Shown piece after piece: positions 1 to 13,745 of a stretch of 64,000 nt of DNA. The position numbers were made by a program, and so were the translations under genes. The notes below the pieces were generated by a model. It saw only the letters and a program-made list of their open reading frames with translations. It was not told the origin of the DNA and ran no database searches. Position 1 is the stretch's first letter. Each line of letters starts with the position of its first letter. The DNA comes from Eledone cirrhosa (taxonomy: Eukaryota). The stretch spans positions 7,502,001 through 7,566,000 of the forward strand of contig OZ024765.1 in assembly GCA_964016885.1 (NCBI GenBank), given 5' to 3'.

Positions 1-375
1 TTGCTGAAGCATGGAACAAACTGCCTGCGTCAATTGTTAGCTGCCGAGACACTGCATCCTTTAAGACACTCATGCTTCCCGAAATACGCCAAAACTACAC
101 CTGATGTACCCCTTCCATACACATGCACACGTGTGTATCATGACTCGTGCACTGTTCATTTTACTGATGTTTGTGCATTGCCCTATGTACTGTACATGCA
201 CTTTTTTGATGAGTTGTGGTGCACCTGGGCACTGTACACAATATTTCACTATTGTTATTATTATTATATCATGACTCATACACTGTTCATTTTCCTGACA
301 TTTGTACATTATTCTATGTACTATACATGCATCTTTGATGAGTTGTAGTGCACCTGAGCACTGTACACAATAATT

Positions 376-414
<39 letters not shown>
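1..414 (+). mobile_element. CR1/L2-like LINE 3' end with (ATT)n tail
   Basis: Translates to [21 protein letters not shown] (WN.LP..vv....FK C-terminal motif), then a UTR and ATT tail; homologous to 49360-50040. Confidence 0.65.
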
Positions 415-416
<2 letters not shown>

Positions 417-656
417 AGCCGAGGAATATGTGACCAAAAAATCGATGGTAAAATGGGGGAAGATGCTTGGATTTTTGCCCAATTTTTCAGACATAAAATA
501 GGAGGTGGTTTATATTCAAGTATATACAGTATATTTCAGTTTAATGCTTGGTGTAGTAGATACTTGGTGATCGAAGTTTGTGGAGAAAAATATCTCATGT
601 TGATGCACAGTCTGCAGCTGGTGGAGTTTATAGCCTGGATGATCTAGTAGGAAAAA

Positions 657-694
657 AGTCTTAATGTTTCGGACGCTAGTCCTTCATCAGAAAT
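657..694 (-). ncRNA. Hammerhead-like core, partly degenerate
   Basis: Reverse complement CUGAUGA-A-GGAC UAGC GUCC-GAAA-CAUUA; second copy at 60163-60197. Confidence 0.5.
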
Positions 695-904
695 AGAAAT
701 AGAGATCAAAGAAGAAATAGAAAGACAGAGGAGAGTGGGAAGAGGAAGAAAAGGAAGCAATTTTTTTTTTTTTTTGCTGAGGGAGGGAAAGCATGGGTGT
801 TTATTCGACCAGTTTATGGGGTGTCATGTATGAATTATGGAGAAAAGGAGAAACAACTCTGGTTTCTCCTTGTCCTAAGTAGATAAATCTTTCACCTTTT
901 ACTA

Positions 905-1264
905 AAGTAATACGCAGTAATACAGAAAACCCGACTTCCCATGGGTACAAGCCGAAGCTGAAGTATATAGACAGTATGCCTCTGCATGCACCCTTCCCAC
1001 GTAAAGTGATCGTGTAGGAGTCACGACACAAAAGCACCCAGTCCACACTGTAAAGTGGTCGTGTAGGTGCCACAATAAAAAGACACCCGGTACTCACTGT
1101 AAATGAGGTTGGTGTTAGGAAGGGCATTCTGCTGTAGAAATCAAGCCAAAATCAATTCTGTATGAGCAAGACATGGTCACCTGACGTGGCATTGCCCACA
1201 ACAGGACACCCCGTCTAATCCATGCTAGCGTGGAAGAATGGATGTAAAATGGTGATGATGATGA
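905..1264 (+). mobile_element. RTE LINE 3' end and UTR with (GAT)n tail
   Basis: Matches the reverse complement of the RTE copy at 60635-60950. Confidence 0.7.
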
Positions 1265-1389
1265 AAGAGAAACAGTGAGCAGGGTTGTATTTAGACCTTG
1301 GGGGACCAGGCCCTTCATACACAAAAAATTTACATATCAAAGTTAGTTTTGAAATTGAAAAGTTATACATCTATTTATCTATCTAGGGT

Positions 1390-1940
1390 GGGTAAAATTC
1401 TCAAGATCCATGGACGAGTTCTCTCCAGCGTTTTCTGTCCCTCATCATTGCTGCCATGTCCTGTGTCTTCAAGAGACCAGTGTCTATCCTTAGGGCATCA
1501 ACATATGTCAACCTTGGTCTTCCTCTTCCAGTGTGTCTATGCAGGAGCTCCCACAGGAGCACTGAGTGCAGTGTCAACTCTGGATGTTGGTGAGCATGTC
1601 CAGCTAACCTCAGTCTCCTCTGTGCTATTTTTGAGCTGACTTTTGGGAGGCTCCTGTACAGCTCTGAGTTCTTCATCCTCAGTTTATACTGATTAATGTT
1701 CAGAGCCATCCTCAACATTCTGAGGAAGGCCTTTGATTCTGTGGACCGTCACTGCCTAATGAAGATCTTACAGGCTTATGGAATCCCCAAGAAGAGAGTG
1801 GACCTGATATCACTGCTCTACACCAACACCAAAGTCCAAGTTATTACACCTGATGGGATGACAGAGTTCTTTGAGATACTGGCTGGAGTGCTCCAGAGAG
1901 ATACATTGATTCTCTACTTTTTTATCATTGCAATGGACTA
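1390..1940. mobile_element. RTE-clade LINE fragment with inverted 5' segment
   Basis: Minus strand C-terminus (RRLRLAGH..GRGRPRLTY) abuts plus strand RT motifs 3-4 (KAFDSVD..YGIP..GVLQRDTL). Confidence 0.75.
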
Positions 1941-2128
1941 AGTTATACATAGATGTATTAAATTCAAAAATTCTAACCATCCTAAAACTAAAAATCCCAG
2001 CTGAGGGTACAAATAAATTGCTATGGCCGTCGCTGGTAGGGTGCCCCACTGCCAAGGATCCAGGACATTTTCCCCCCACTATTGAATCTGGCCCTATTAG
2101 TGTAACTATGTGCGGTTTCTATTTGCAG

Positions 2129-2187
2129 CCTTTCACTTCTATACAGACATCACGGAAGAGCAACAGTTCTCTATATCACTGAAGGAA
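2129..2187 (+). CDS. Dynein heavy chain exon (window exon 1), [19 protein letters not shown]
   Basis: tttgcag acceptor and GTGAGT donor; phase 0 end matches the next exon; little motif support. Confidence 0.55.
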
Positions 2188-5100
2188 GTGAGTGATTTTT
2201 GTTGTTTGGTTCACTTAAGAAATACTGGCAAAATACACCACACTACACATCACTATACCACAGTACACCACACCACACTGCACTACACCACACCACACTA
2301 CAACACACTACACTACACATCACTATACCAGAGTACACCACACCACACTACACTACACTACACCATACTACACTACAACACACTACACTACACATCACTA
2401 TACCAGAGTACACCACACCACACTACACTACACTACAACACACCACACTACACATCACTATACCACAGTACACCACACCACACTACACTACACTACAACA
2501 CACCACACCACACCACACTACACTACACATCACTATACCACACTACACCACACATCACTATACCACACTACACCACACCACACATCACTATACCACAGTA
2601 TACCATACCACACTACACATCACTATACCAAAGTACACCACACCACACTACAACACACCACACTACACTACACATCACTATACCACACCACACCACACTA
2701 TACCACACCACACCACACAACACTACATCGCACCACATCACACTACACCACATCACACTACAACTCATCACACCACACCACACTATGCTACACCACACCA
2801 CACCACACTACACTACACCACACTATGCTACACTACACCACATCACACCATGCTACACTACACCACATCACACCACACCACACCACACTACACCACATCA
2901 CACCACACCACACTATGCTACACTACACCACATCACACCGCACCACACCACACTATGCTACACTACACCACACCACACTACACCACATTACACCACACCA
3001 CACTATGCTACACTACACTACACCACATCACACCACACCACACCACACTATGCTACACTACACCACACCACACCACACTATGCTACACTACACCACACCA
3101 CACTGTGCTACACTACACCACACTACACCACATCACACCACACCACACTATGCTACACCACACCACACCACACTACACCACATCACACCACACCACACTG
3201 TGCTACACTACACCACACCACACCACACCACACTGTGCTACACTACACCACACCACACCACACCACACCACACCACACTATGCTACACTACACTAAATAA
3301 CATTATTCCATACTTCCACAGGTAAAAGGCAAGCTGGAAAATCTGAAAGACATCATCTTTTCAAAGTACATCTTTCCTTCAGTGGAGGAGTCTAAGAACC
3401 GCTCAGGTGAGTTAATGTATTATTATATGAGGTCGGAGAAGGTAGTGCTGCCTTGAAAGTAATTTGTTAAAACATGGGTGAAAGAGGCAAGAATGGCCTG
3501 AGTGAATGTGTATGTTTTTGTTAGGATGTCTCAAGGTTATCTCATGGTTCAGATCAACACCAAAAATGGTATAGACTTGACTAATTAATTTGAATATGAA
3601 GAAATATATTTTATATAAATTACTATCTAATTTGAATTTCAAGGAATTTAATTTCTTTGAATTACTAAGTTTGCATAAATTCCCCAATGGTTTCAAGGTC
3701 CAGTTCTGGCCACCACTGTATAATGCTGGAGTTGCGACCGATAGAGAGTATTAGCAATTGGAAAGACCAATGGAAACACTGTTTCCCCAGTCCGATTTGA
3801 CGAAAGTTGATCAACTATCGTTACATTTACGTATGTGTTCTCGTTTTAGCCTACGTTGAAGCGTCTTTACAGAAAACAATGCTCATGCTAAAAGACACAA
3901 TGGTGAAATACAACAGGATACATCAACCTAGATGGAACCTGGTCCCTTTCAAAGAAGCCATTCCAAGAATTATCTGCTTAACACGAGCCTTGGTAAGAAA
4001 CAAATTTCATTTTCGTCTTTGAGGGCCTGTTTTTTTTTTTTAATCTTTTATTACCATATTTCTAATGAAAGACACTGTCTATGTCTTTAACCCTTTCATT
4101 ACCATATTTCTAATGAAAGACACTGTCTATGTCTTTAACCCTTTCATTACCATATTTCTAATGAAAGACACTGTCTATGTCTTTAACCCTTTCATTACCA
4201 TATTTCTAATGAAAGACACTGTCTATGTCTTTAACCCTTTCATTACCATATATCTAATGAAAGACACTGTCTATGTCATTAACCCTTTCATTACCATATT
4301 TCTAATGAAAGACACTGTCTATGTCTTTAACCCTTTCATTACCATATTTCTAATGAAAGACACTGCCTATGTCTTTAACCCTTTCATTACCATATTTCTA
4401 ATGAAAGACACTGCCTATGTCTCAAATAATTTTGAAAATAATGAAGAATATGGAGTGATTTAATAATATAACTAACTTTTTCAGTATTAATCTGGTGTTT
4501 GGAACATAATTTAACAAAAGTTCCTACGTAAGATTATGATGGAAGGTTTTTATATAATTGTAAATACTTTAAGGGTAGTGTACTCGTCCGGCAAAAAAGA
4601 GGTGTAGGTTCAATTCTCATCTTTTTCCATTTAGTGGGTTTGTACGGCCCATTATTACACTATATTGTTCCTATTTCAATTGGTGGATTGGTAAAATCGG
4701 TAGAGCGTCACACACTATGCTTTGCAGCATAGAGCCCTTTTGTTCTGACTTCAAATTCCGCCAAGATTAACTTTGCCTTTCATCCTTACAGGGTCGCTAA
4801 AATAAAGTACCAGTAATGCACTGGGGTAATTGCTAGCCTTGTGCCAAAAGTAGAGACAATTATTTATATTTGAATTCCAAACTTCGCTCGCTGCGTTCCA
4901 AACATCCTTCCTTTAACATCTCCAGTGCCACTGAAGTTCATAACTTCAAAGCTAGATGGGGTTACTAGTTTATTGATGTGACATTTGTCAACCATTCAGA
5001 TGTGTGTTGTTAATAAATGTTTGTTTAAAAAAATACTAATTTTAATGAAAAAAAAAAGCTTATTTCTTACCTTATTTCTCTCACCATTGTTATCATCTCT

Positions 5101-8100
5101 CACTTGCAGGCCATGAATCAAGGACACAGCATATCATTAATCAATTCAACAAGTCCCTCAATTCAAGTAACCCTCTGCAAGTTTGCTGCCTTCTTGGCTG
5201 ATGTTAAAGTGAGTGAGTTATCCCTTAGTATGAGTGAAGTGTCAGATAGTATCACTGAGTGTGCATGGGAGTGTAAAGTGAGTATGACTGAAGTGTAAGG
5301 TAGTATCGCTGAGTGTGAGTGTCAGATACAGAATACCAGAAATGAAAAGACCAATGGAAACATTGTTTCCTTGGTCTGATCTGATCTGCCAGGAGTTGTG
5401 ACTGACAGATAGTATCAGTAATGGAAAGACGAATGGAAACATTGTTTCCTTGGTCTGATCTGATGAGCAGTTCCTTTCTTCTGCCAGGAGTTGTGACTGA
5501 CAGATAGTATCAGTAATGGAAAGACGAATGGAAACATTATTTCCTTGGTCTGATCTGATGAGCAGTTCCTTTCTTCTGCCAGGAGTTGTGACTGACAGAT
5601 AGTATCAGTAATGGAAAGACCAATGGAAACATTGTTTCCTTGGTCTGATCTGATCTGCCAGGAGTTGTGACTGACAGATAGTATCAGTAATGAAAAGACC
5701 AATGGAAACATTGTTTCCTTGGTCTGATCTGATCTGCCAGGAGTTGTGACTGACAGATAGTATCAGTAATGGAAAGACGAATGGAAACATTGTTTCCTTG
5801 GTCTGATCTGATGATCAGCTCCTTTCTTCTGCCAGGAGTTGTGACTGACAGATAGTATCAGTAATGGAAAGACGAATGGAAACATTGTTTCCTTGGTCTG
5901 ATCTGATGAGCAGTTCCTTTCTTCTGCCAGGAGTTGTGACTGACAGATAGTATCAGTAATGGAAAGACGAATGGAAACATTGTTTCCTTGGTCTGATCTG
6001 ATGAGCAGTTCCTTTCTTCTGCCAGGAGTTGTGACTGACAGATAGTATCAGTAATGGAAAGACGAATGGAAACATTGTTTCCTTGGTCTGATCTGATGAG
6101 CAGTTCCTTTCTTCTGCCAGGAGTTGTGACTGACAGATAGTATCAGTAATGGAAAGACCAATGGAAACATTGTTTCCTTGGTCTGATCTGATCTGCCAGG
6201 AGTTGTGACTGACAGATAGTATCAGTAATGGAAAGACGAATGGAAACATTGTTTCCTTGGTCTGATCTGATGATCAGCTCCTTTCTTCTGCCAGGAGTTG
6301 TGACTGACAGATAGTATCAGTAATGGAAAGACGAATGGAAACATTGTTTCCTTGGTCTGATCTGATGAGCAGTTCCTTTCTTCTGTCAGGAGTTGTGACT
6401 GACAGATAGTATCAGTAATGGAAAGACGAATGGAAACATTGTTTCCTTGGTCTGATCTGATGAGCAGTTCCTTTCTTCTGCCAGGAGTTGTGACTGACAG
6501 ATAGTATCAGTAATGGAAAGACCAATGGAAACATTGTTTCCTTGGTCTGATCTGATGATCAGCTCCTTTCTTCTGCCAGGAGTTGTGACTGACAGATAGT
6601 ATCAGTAATGGAAAGACCAATGGAAACATTGTTTCCTTGGTCTGATCTGATGATCAGCTCCTTTCTTCTGCCAGGAGTTGTGACTGACAGATAGTATCAG
6701 TAATAGAAAGACCAATGGAAACATTATTTCCTTGGTCTGATCTGCCAGGAGTTGTGACTGACAGATAGTATCAGTAATAGAAAGACCAATGGAAACATTA
6801 TTTCCTTGGTCTGATCTGCCAGGAGTTGTGACTGACAGATAGTATCAGCAATGGAAAGACCAATGGAAACATTATTTCTTTGGTCTGTTCTAATGATCAG
6901 CTCCTTTCTTCTGGCAGGTGTTGTGACAGATAGAGAATATTCGAAAGTTTCCTTTCACCCTAAATATATATATTTTTCTATGTTGTTGCAGCTGTTTTCA
7001 CCAGACACCAGCCAATCCTTGCCATCATCCACTGACCAAGTCCTCAAACAATGCCTCAAAGATGCTATTTACTATGCCATCATTGTTGACAAACCCACCA
7101 TTGTTCTTATATCTGATGACATAGCCAAGTCCTGTGACCTTTCTCACATTGCCTCCATCATGGTCGACGGTATTTTTGATGGAAAACTTTATTTTATATA
7201 TTTACTAATACATACATACGTTTGTACATACATACATACATTTATATATTTACTAATACATACATACATACATTTATATATTTATATATACATTTATATA
7301 TTTACTAATACATACATACATACATACATACATTTATATATTTATATATACATTTATATATTTACTAATACATACATACATTTATATATGTATATATTTA
7401 TATATACATTTATATATTTACTAATACATACATACATACATACATACATTTATATATTTATATATACATTTATATATTTACTAACACATACATACATACA
7501 TACATACATTTATATATTTATATATACATTTATATATTTACTAATACATACATACATACATACATTTATATATTTATATATACATTTATATATTTACTAA
7601 TACATACATACATACATACATACATTTATATATTTATATATACATTTATATATTTACTAATACATACATACATACATTTATATATTTATATATACATTTA
7701 TATATTTACTAATACATACATACATACATACATTTATATATTTATATATACATTTATATATTTACTAATACATACATACATACATACATTTATATATTTA
7801 TATATACATTTATATATTTACTAATACATACATACATACATACATACATACATTTATATATTTATATATACATTTATATATTTACTAATACATACATACA
7901 TACATACATACATTTATATATTTATATATACATTTATATATTTACTAATACATACATACATACATACATACATTTATATATTTATATATACATTTATATA
8001 TTTACTAATACATACATACATACATACATTTATATATTTATATATACATTTATATATTTACTAATACATACATACATACATACATACATACATTTATATA

Positions 8101-9341
8101 TTTATATATACATTTATATATTTACTAATACATACATACATACATTTATATATTTATATATACATTTATATATTTACTAATACATACATACATACATACA
8201 TACATTTATATATTTATATATACATTTATATATTTACTAATACATACATACATACATACATTTATATATTTATATATACATTTATATATTTACTAATACA
8301 TACATACATACATACATACATTTATATATTTATATATACATTTATATATTTACTAATACATACATACATACATACATTTATATATTTATATATACATTTA
8401 TATATTTACTAATACATACATACATACATACATACATTTATATATTTATATATACATTTATATATTTACTAATACATACATACATACATACATTTATATA
8501 TTTATATATACATTTATATATTTACTAATACATACATACATACATACATTTATATATTTATATATACATTTATATATTTACTAATACATACATACATACA
8601 TACATACATACATTTATATATTTATATATACATTTATATATTTACTAATACATACATACATACATACATACATTTATATATTTATATATACATTTATATA
8701 TTTACTAATACATACATACATATGTGAAGGCACATGGCTTAGTGGTTAGAGCATTGGCCTTGCAATCGAAAGGTTGTGAGTTCAATTCTCGGACCGGGTG
8801 ATGTGTTGTTTCCTTGAGCAAGACACTTTATTTCACATTGCTCCAGTTTACTCAGCTGTAGAAATGAGATGATAGGACTGGGGTCCCTATCATTAAATTA
8901 CCCAAGACACCTCCAACGAGGTATACCTTGGAGGAGGCCAGCTAAACCTGCATAGGTGTGAGCTGTGTCACACACACATACATACATACATTTATATATT
9001 TACTAATGATGGCTACAAACTCTGTTAAGAGTACTGCAATTGCTTGTCAGATTATAGAGTTTGATACACTTTTAGGCTACGGCCAGCCACACAAACCTGT
9101 AACAGATCCTCAACAAGCAATGCCTGTGCTTTGAAGGTTTTTTAAGTGGGGAAAGGCCTTATATTTACTAATACATACACATATGTACATACATATATAA
9201 GGATTGCAGTCTCTTATTGATTCCTCGTTATCATCGCATCTGTGTCCATGACTTCGTAGATGACCGAGAGAGAGAGAGAGCAATACAGCAAAAGAGAGGG
9301 AGAGAGAGAGAGCAATGTAGAGACAGAGAGAGAATAATGTA

Positions 9342-9374
<33 letters not shown>

Positions 9375-10728
9375 CAATACAGCAAAAGTGAGGGAGAGAG
9401 AGAGAGCAATGTAGAGACAGAGAGAGAATAATGTAGAGAGAGAGAGAGAGAGAGCAATACAGCAAAAGAGAGGGAGAGAGAGAGAGCAATGTAGAGACAG
9501 AGAGAGAATAATGTAGAGAGAGAGAGAGAGAGCAATACAGCAAAAGTAAGGGAGAGAGAGAGAGCAATGTAGAGAGAGAGAGAGAGAGAGAGAGAGTAAT
9601 GTAGAGAGTGAGTGAGAGAGAGAGAGAGCAATACAGCAAAAGTGAGGGAGAGAGAGAGAGCAATGTAGAGACAGAGAGAGAATAATGTAGAGAGAGAGAG
9701 AGAGAGAGAGCAATACAGCAAAAGAGAGGGAGAGAGAGAGAGCAATGTAGAGACAGAGAGAGAATAATGTAGAGAGAGAGAGAGAGAGCAATACAGCAAA
9801 AGTAAGGGAGAGAGAGAGAGCAATGTAGAGACAGAGAGAGAGAGAGAGAGAGTAATGTAGAGAGTGAGTGAGAGAGAGAGAGAGCAATACAGCAAAAGTG
9901 AGGGAGAGAGAGAGAGCAATGTAGAGACAGAGAGAGAGAGAGAGAGAGTAATGTAGAGAGTGAGTGAGAGAGAGAGAGAGCAATACAGCAAAAGTGAGGG
10001 AGAGAGAGAGAGCAATGTAGAGACAGAGAGAGAGAGAGCAATACAGCAAAAGAGAGAGAGAGAGAGAGAGTAATGTAGAGAGTGAGTGAGAGAGAGGGAG
10101 AGTGAGAGAGAGAGAGCAATACAGCAAAAGAGAGTGAAAACTATGTAGATAGGTAGAGAGTGTTGTCACCACACTAACGAGCTTTCATTGAAGACACTGC
10201 AACTTTAAGTCCCCCTCAGTCCGCAGGTGAGGACCCCAGCCGCTGTGTGTTGTAAGGAACACCAGGGCTACAACTAGTAATAATATAATAATTGTTTCTA
10301 CTTTTGGCACAAGGCCAGCAATTACCCCCCACCCAGTGCATTACTGGTACTTTATTTTATCGACCCCCCCGTAAGGATGAAAAACAAAGTTAATCTCGGC
10401 GGGATTTGAACTCAGACCGCAAAGGGCCGTAACTCTGTGCTGCAAAGCATGGCGTCCGACCCTCTACCGATACTGCCAATCCATAATAATAATAAACTAA
10501 ACTGTTTACTTGTCCATGGCCATGCTGGAGCACTACCATTATTGTTTTGTTTTTTTTTTGTTGTTTCTTGCAGGCTGCTGTCGAAACCTCTTCGATGACT
10601 TTAATGAGTTGAGAAATTTTGCATTTGAGTCACAATGGAAAGTCAATGTGGGTTTTAGAGGTGGTCATGGTGGTGGTGGTGGTGGTGGTAGTGTTGACAG
10701 CTATGATGATGATGATGATGATGACGAC

Positions 10729-10803
<75 letters not shown>

Positions 10804-13690
10804 GGTGGTAATGATGATGATGATGACGACGACGATGATGATGATGATGACGACATTATTAGTTATGATGGTAGTGAAGGTGATAGTGTTGTGGATGGTG
10901 ATGATGGTGGTGGTGAGGAGGAGGATTGTGGTGGTGGTGAGGAGGAGGATTGTGGTGCTAACTTTGAGAAGGACACCATCTTTGAAAATCACATCATGCA
11001 CAACAGCAACCACAACAAACACACCCCCACCACCACCACCACCGCCGATGGCGACGACGACCGCCGCAGCCCCACCACCGCTAACAACAATGACTCCCCC
11101 ACCACCAACAACAACAACAACAACCACCACTCCCCCACCTCCACCACCAACAACAACAACCACCACTCCCCCACCAACACCACCAACAACAACATCAACA
11201 ACAACCACACCACCACTAACAACAACAACAACCACCACTCCACCACCAACAACAACAACAACAACAACCACCACTCCCCCACCACCACCACCACCAACAA
11301 CAACAACCACACCACCACCAACAACAACAGTATCAACAAGAGCAGCAATGCCATTTCCAGCAACAGCAACAAAAAAACCCCCATCAAGGCGTACAACAAA
11401 AACGACAAACTGAAGGCCAACAACAAAACCAAGCTCGGCAACAAGAAGAAGAAGAAGAACAAGAAGAAAAAGAAGAAGAAGAAGAAGAGATCAGTTCCAA
11501 TAAAGGAGAATGTGAGCCATATGAACCAGCATATAAGTATGGCTAAAATTGAGTGTAGCAGCCAAACAGACGAGAGTTTTGTCAGTATTGAGAACAGCAA
11601 TGCTAAGCACAAATATACAGAACAATTGTCGAAAGCGCTGCATTCTTTGTATCAACTCCTTCAGAAGAATCTCCATTTTATGTTTGTCTTGTCTAAAGAA
11701 GGTATGTTTTGTTTTTGTTACAATAGAGGGTGGTTATCTCTCAACTGTGTATATCATCATCATCTTCATCATTTAACATCTATTTTCCAGGCTAGCATGG
11801 GTTAGACGGGTTTGTCCTATTAGAGGCAAGTTGGGTTGGGTCGGGTGACCGTGTCTTGCTCATATAGGACTGTTTCTGGCTAGATTTCTACAGTTGGATT
11901 CCCTTCCTAATGCCAACCATATTTACAGTGTGCTGGGTGCTTTTTGTTGTGATACCTACACAACCACCTTACAGTGTGGGCTGGGTGCTTTTTGTTGTGA
12001 CACCCACACAACCACCTGACAGTGTGGGCTGGGTGCTTTTTGTTGTGACACCCACACAACCACCTTACAGTGTGGGCTGGGTGCTTTTTGTTGTGACACC
12101 TACACAACCACCTTACAGTGTGGGCTGGGTGCTTTTTGTTGTGATACCTACACAACCACCTTACAGTGTGGGCTGGGTGCTTTTTGTTGTGACACCTACA
12201 CAACCACCTTACAGTGTGGGCTGGGTGCTTTTTGTTGTGATACCTACACAACCACCTTACAGTGTGGGCTGGGTGCTTTTTGTTGTGACAGCTACACAAC
12301 CACCTTACAGTGTGGGCTGGGTGCTTTTTGTTGTGATACCTACACAACCACCTTACAGTGTGGGCTGGGTGCTTTTTGTTGTGACACCTACACAACCACC
12401 TTACAGTGTGGGCTGGGTGCTTTTTGTTGTGATACCTACACAACCACCTTACAGTGTGGGCTGGGTGCTTTTTGTTGTGACACCTACACAACCACCTTAC
12501 AGTGTGGGCTGGGTGCTTTTTGTTGTGATACCTACACAACCACCTTACAGTGTGGGCTGGGTGCTTTTTGTTGTGACACCTACACAACCACCTTACAGTG
12601 TGGGCTGGGTGCTTTTTGTTGTGATACCTACACAACCACCTTACAGTGTGGGCTGGGTGCTTTTTGTTGTGATACCTATACAACCACCTTACAGTGTGGG
12701 CTGGGTGCTTTTTGTTGTGACACCTACACAACCACCTTACAGTGTGGGCTGGGTGCTTTTTGTTGTGATACCTACACAACCACCTTACAGTGTGGGCTGG
12801 GTGCTTTTTGTTGTGATACCCACACAACCACCTTACAGTGTGGGCTGGGTGCTTTTTGTGACACCTACAAAACTTTACAGAGTAATGGTGGTGTGGGGAG
12901 ATATATGTAAAGGGTAAACACCATGGGATTTGCTCCTAGAAAGTTACCTTCCAAGGCACAAGTCTGGGCAAGGTTGTTTGTGGAAGACCAGCAGTTGCCC
13001 ATGCATACCAGTCTCCCCTCTCCATACCACCATACATGTTGTCCAAGAGAAAGGCAATGGCTGATACAGCTTGGCACCAGTGACGTTGCAACTTATTTCT
13101 ACAGCTGAATCGACTGGAGCAATATGAAATAAAGTGTCTTGTTCAAGAACACAATACAAAGCCCGGTCCGAGAATCAAACTCACAACCTCACGATTGTAA
13201 GCCCAACACTCTAACCACTAAGCCATGCGTCTTCATATTCTTAAAAAGAACAGGGATTCTTTGAAATATCTTGGCCAATGACCTCTACCCATCTCCAGAA
13301 AATATATAAATACAACCGTTTTACAAGGAGAATTGGCTTTCCTGATGATTTCTTTTGAATGAAACAGTTCTAGTCCTGTAGAAGCCATTTCTATATTAAA
13401 CTTGTTGCTTATACTCTACTAATGTATTGAGTACCTCTGTGTCTGTGTGTGTGTATTGCTGTAATTTCCACATGTTGTTTATTCAGTCTGTGTTTTCCAC
13501 ATGTTGTCGCTGCAGGTTATAAACAAACAGTGAACCAGCTTCATACATACTTTGACCAATACCCTGCCTTCATCACCAGCAGTGTCTCCATTATGATAAA
13601 CCAGCCCCTGTCGGCAGATGCATACCATGAGATTCTTTTGCAATGGTTCCAAGAAGAAAATATGAGCGTATGGCCTCCTATACTTTCTCA

Positions 13691-13745
<55 letters not shown>

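Noticed and set aside
540-647. Possible further upstream dynein exon (FNAWCSRYLVIEVCGEKYLMLMHSLQL)
   Set aside because: An acceptor-like tttcag exists, but I found no convincing donor or dynein motif. It is unresolved without transcripts.
2110-3325. His/Thr/Tyr-rich ORFs, and similar repeat ORFs at 9110-10172, 11907-12917, 14049-15125, 25344-26480, 41204-41857, 52773-53771 and 59168-60047
   Set aside because: All are translations of micro- or minisatellites inside introns.
3430-3470. Possible hammerhead (cggaga-aggtag/ctgcct-tgaaa)
   Set aside because: The core deviates too far from CUGANGA, and no stem I or stem III pairing was found.
5340-6930. CRISPR-like array (palindromic repeat containing GAAAC)
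   Set aside because: The intervening sequences are identical rather than unique spacers, there are no cas genes, and the context is a eukaryotic intron.
8726-8800. tRNA genes at SINE heads
   Set aside because: A and B boxes are present, but the cloverleafs are degenerate and continue into repeated SINE bodies.
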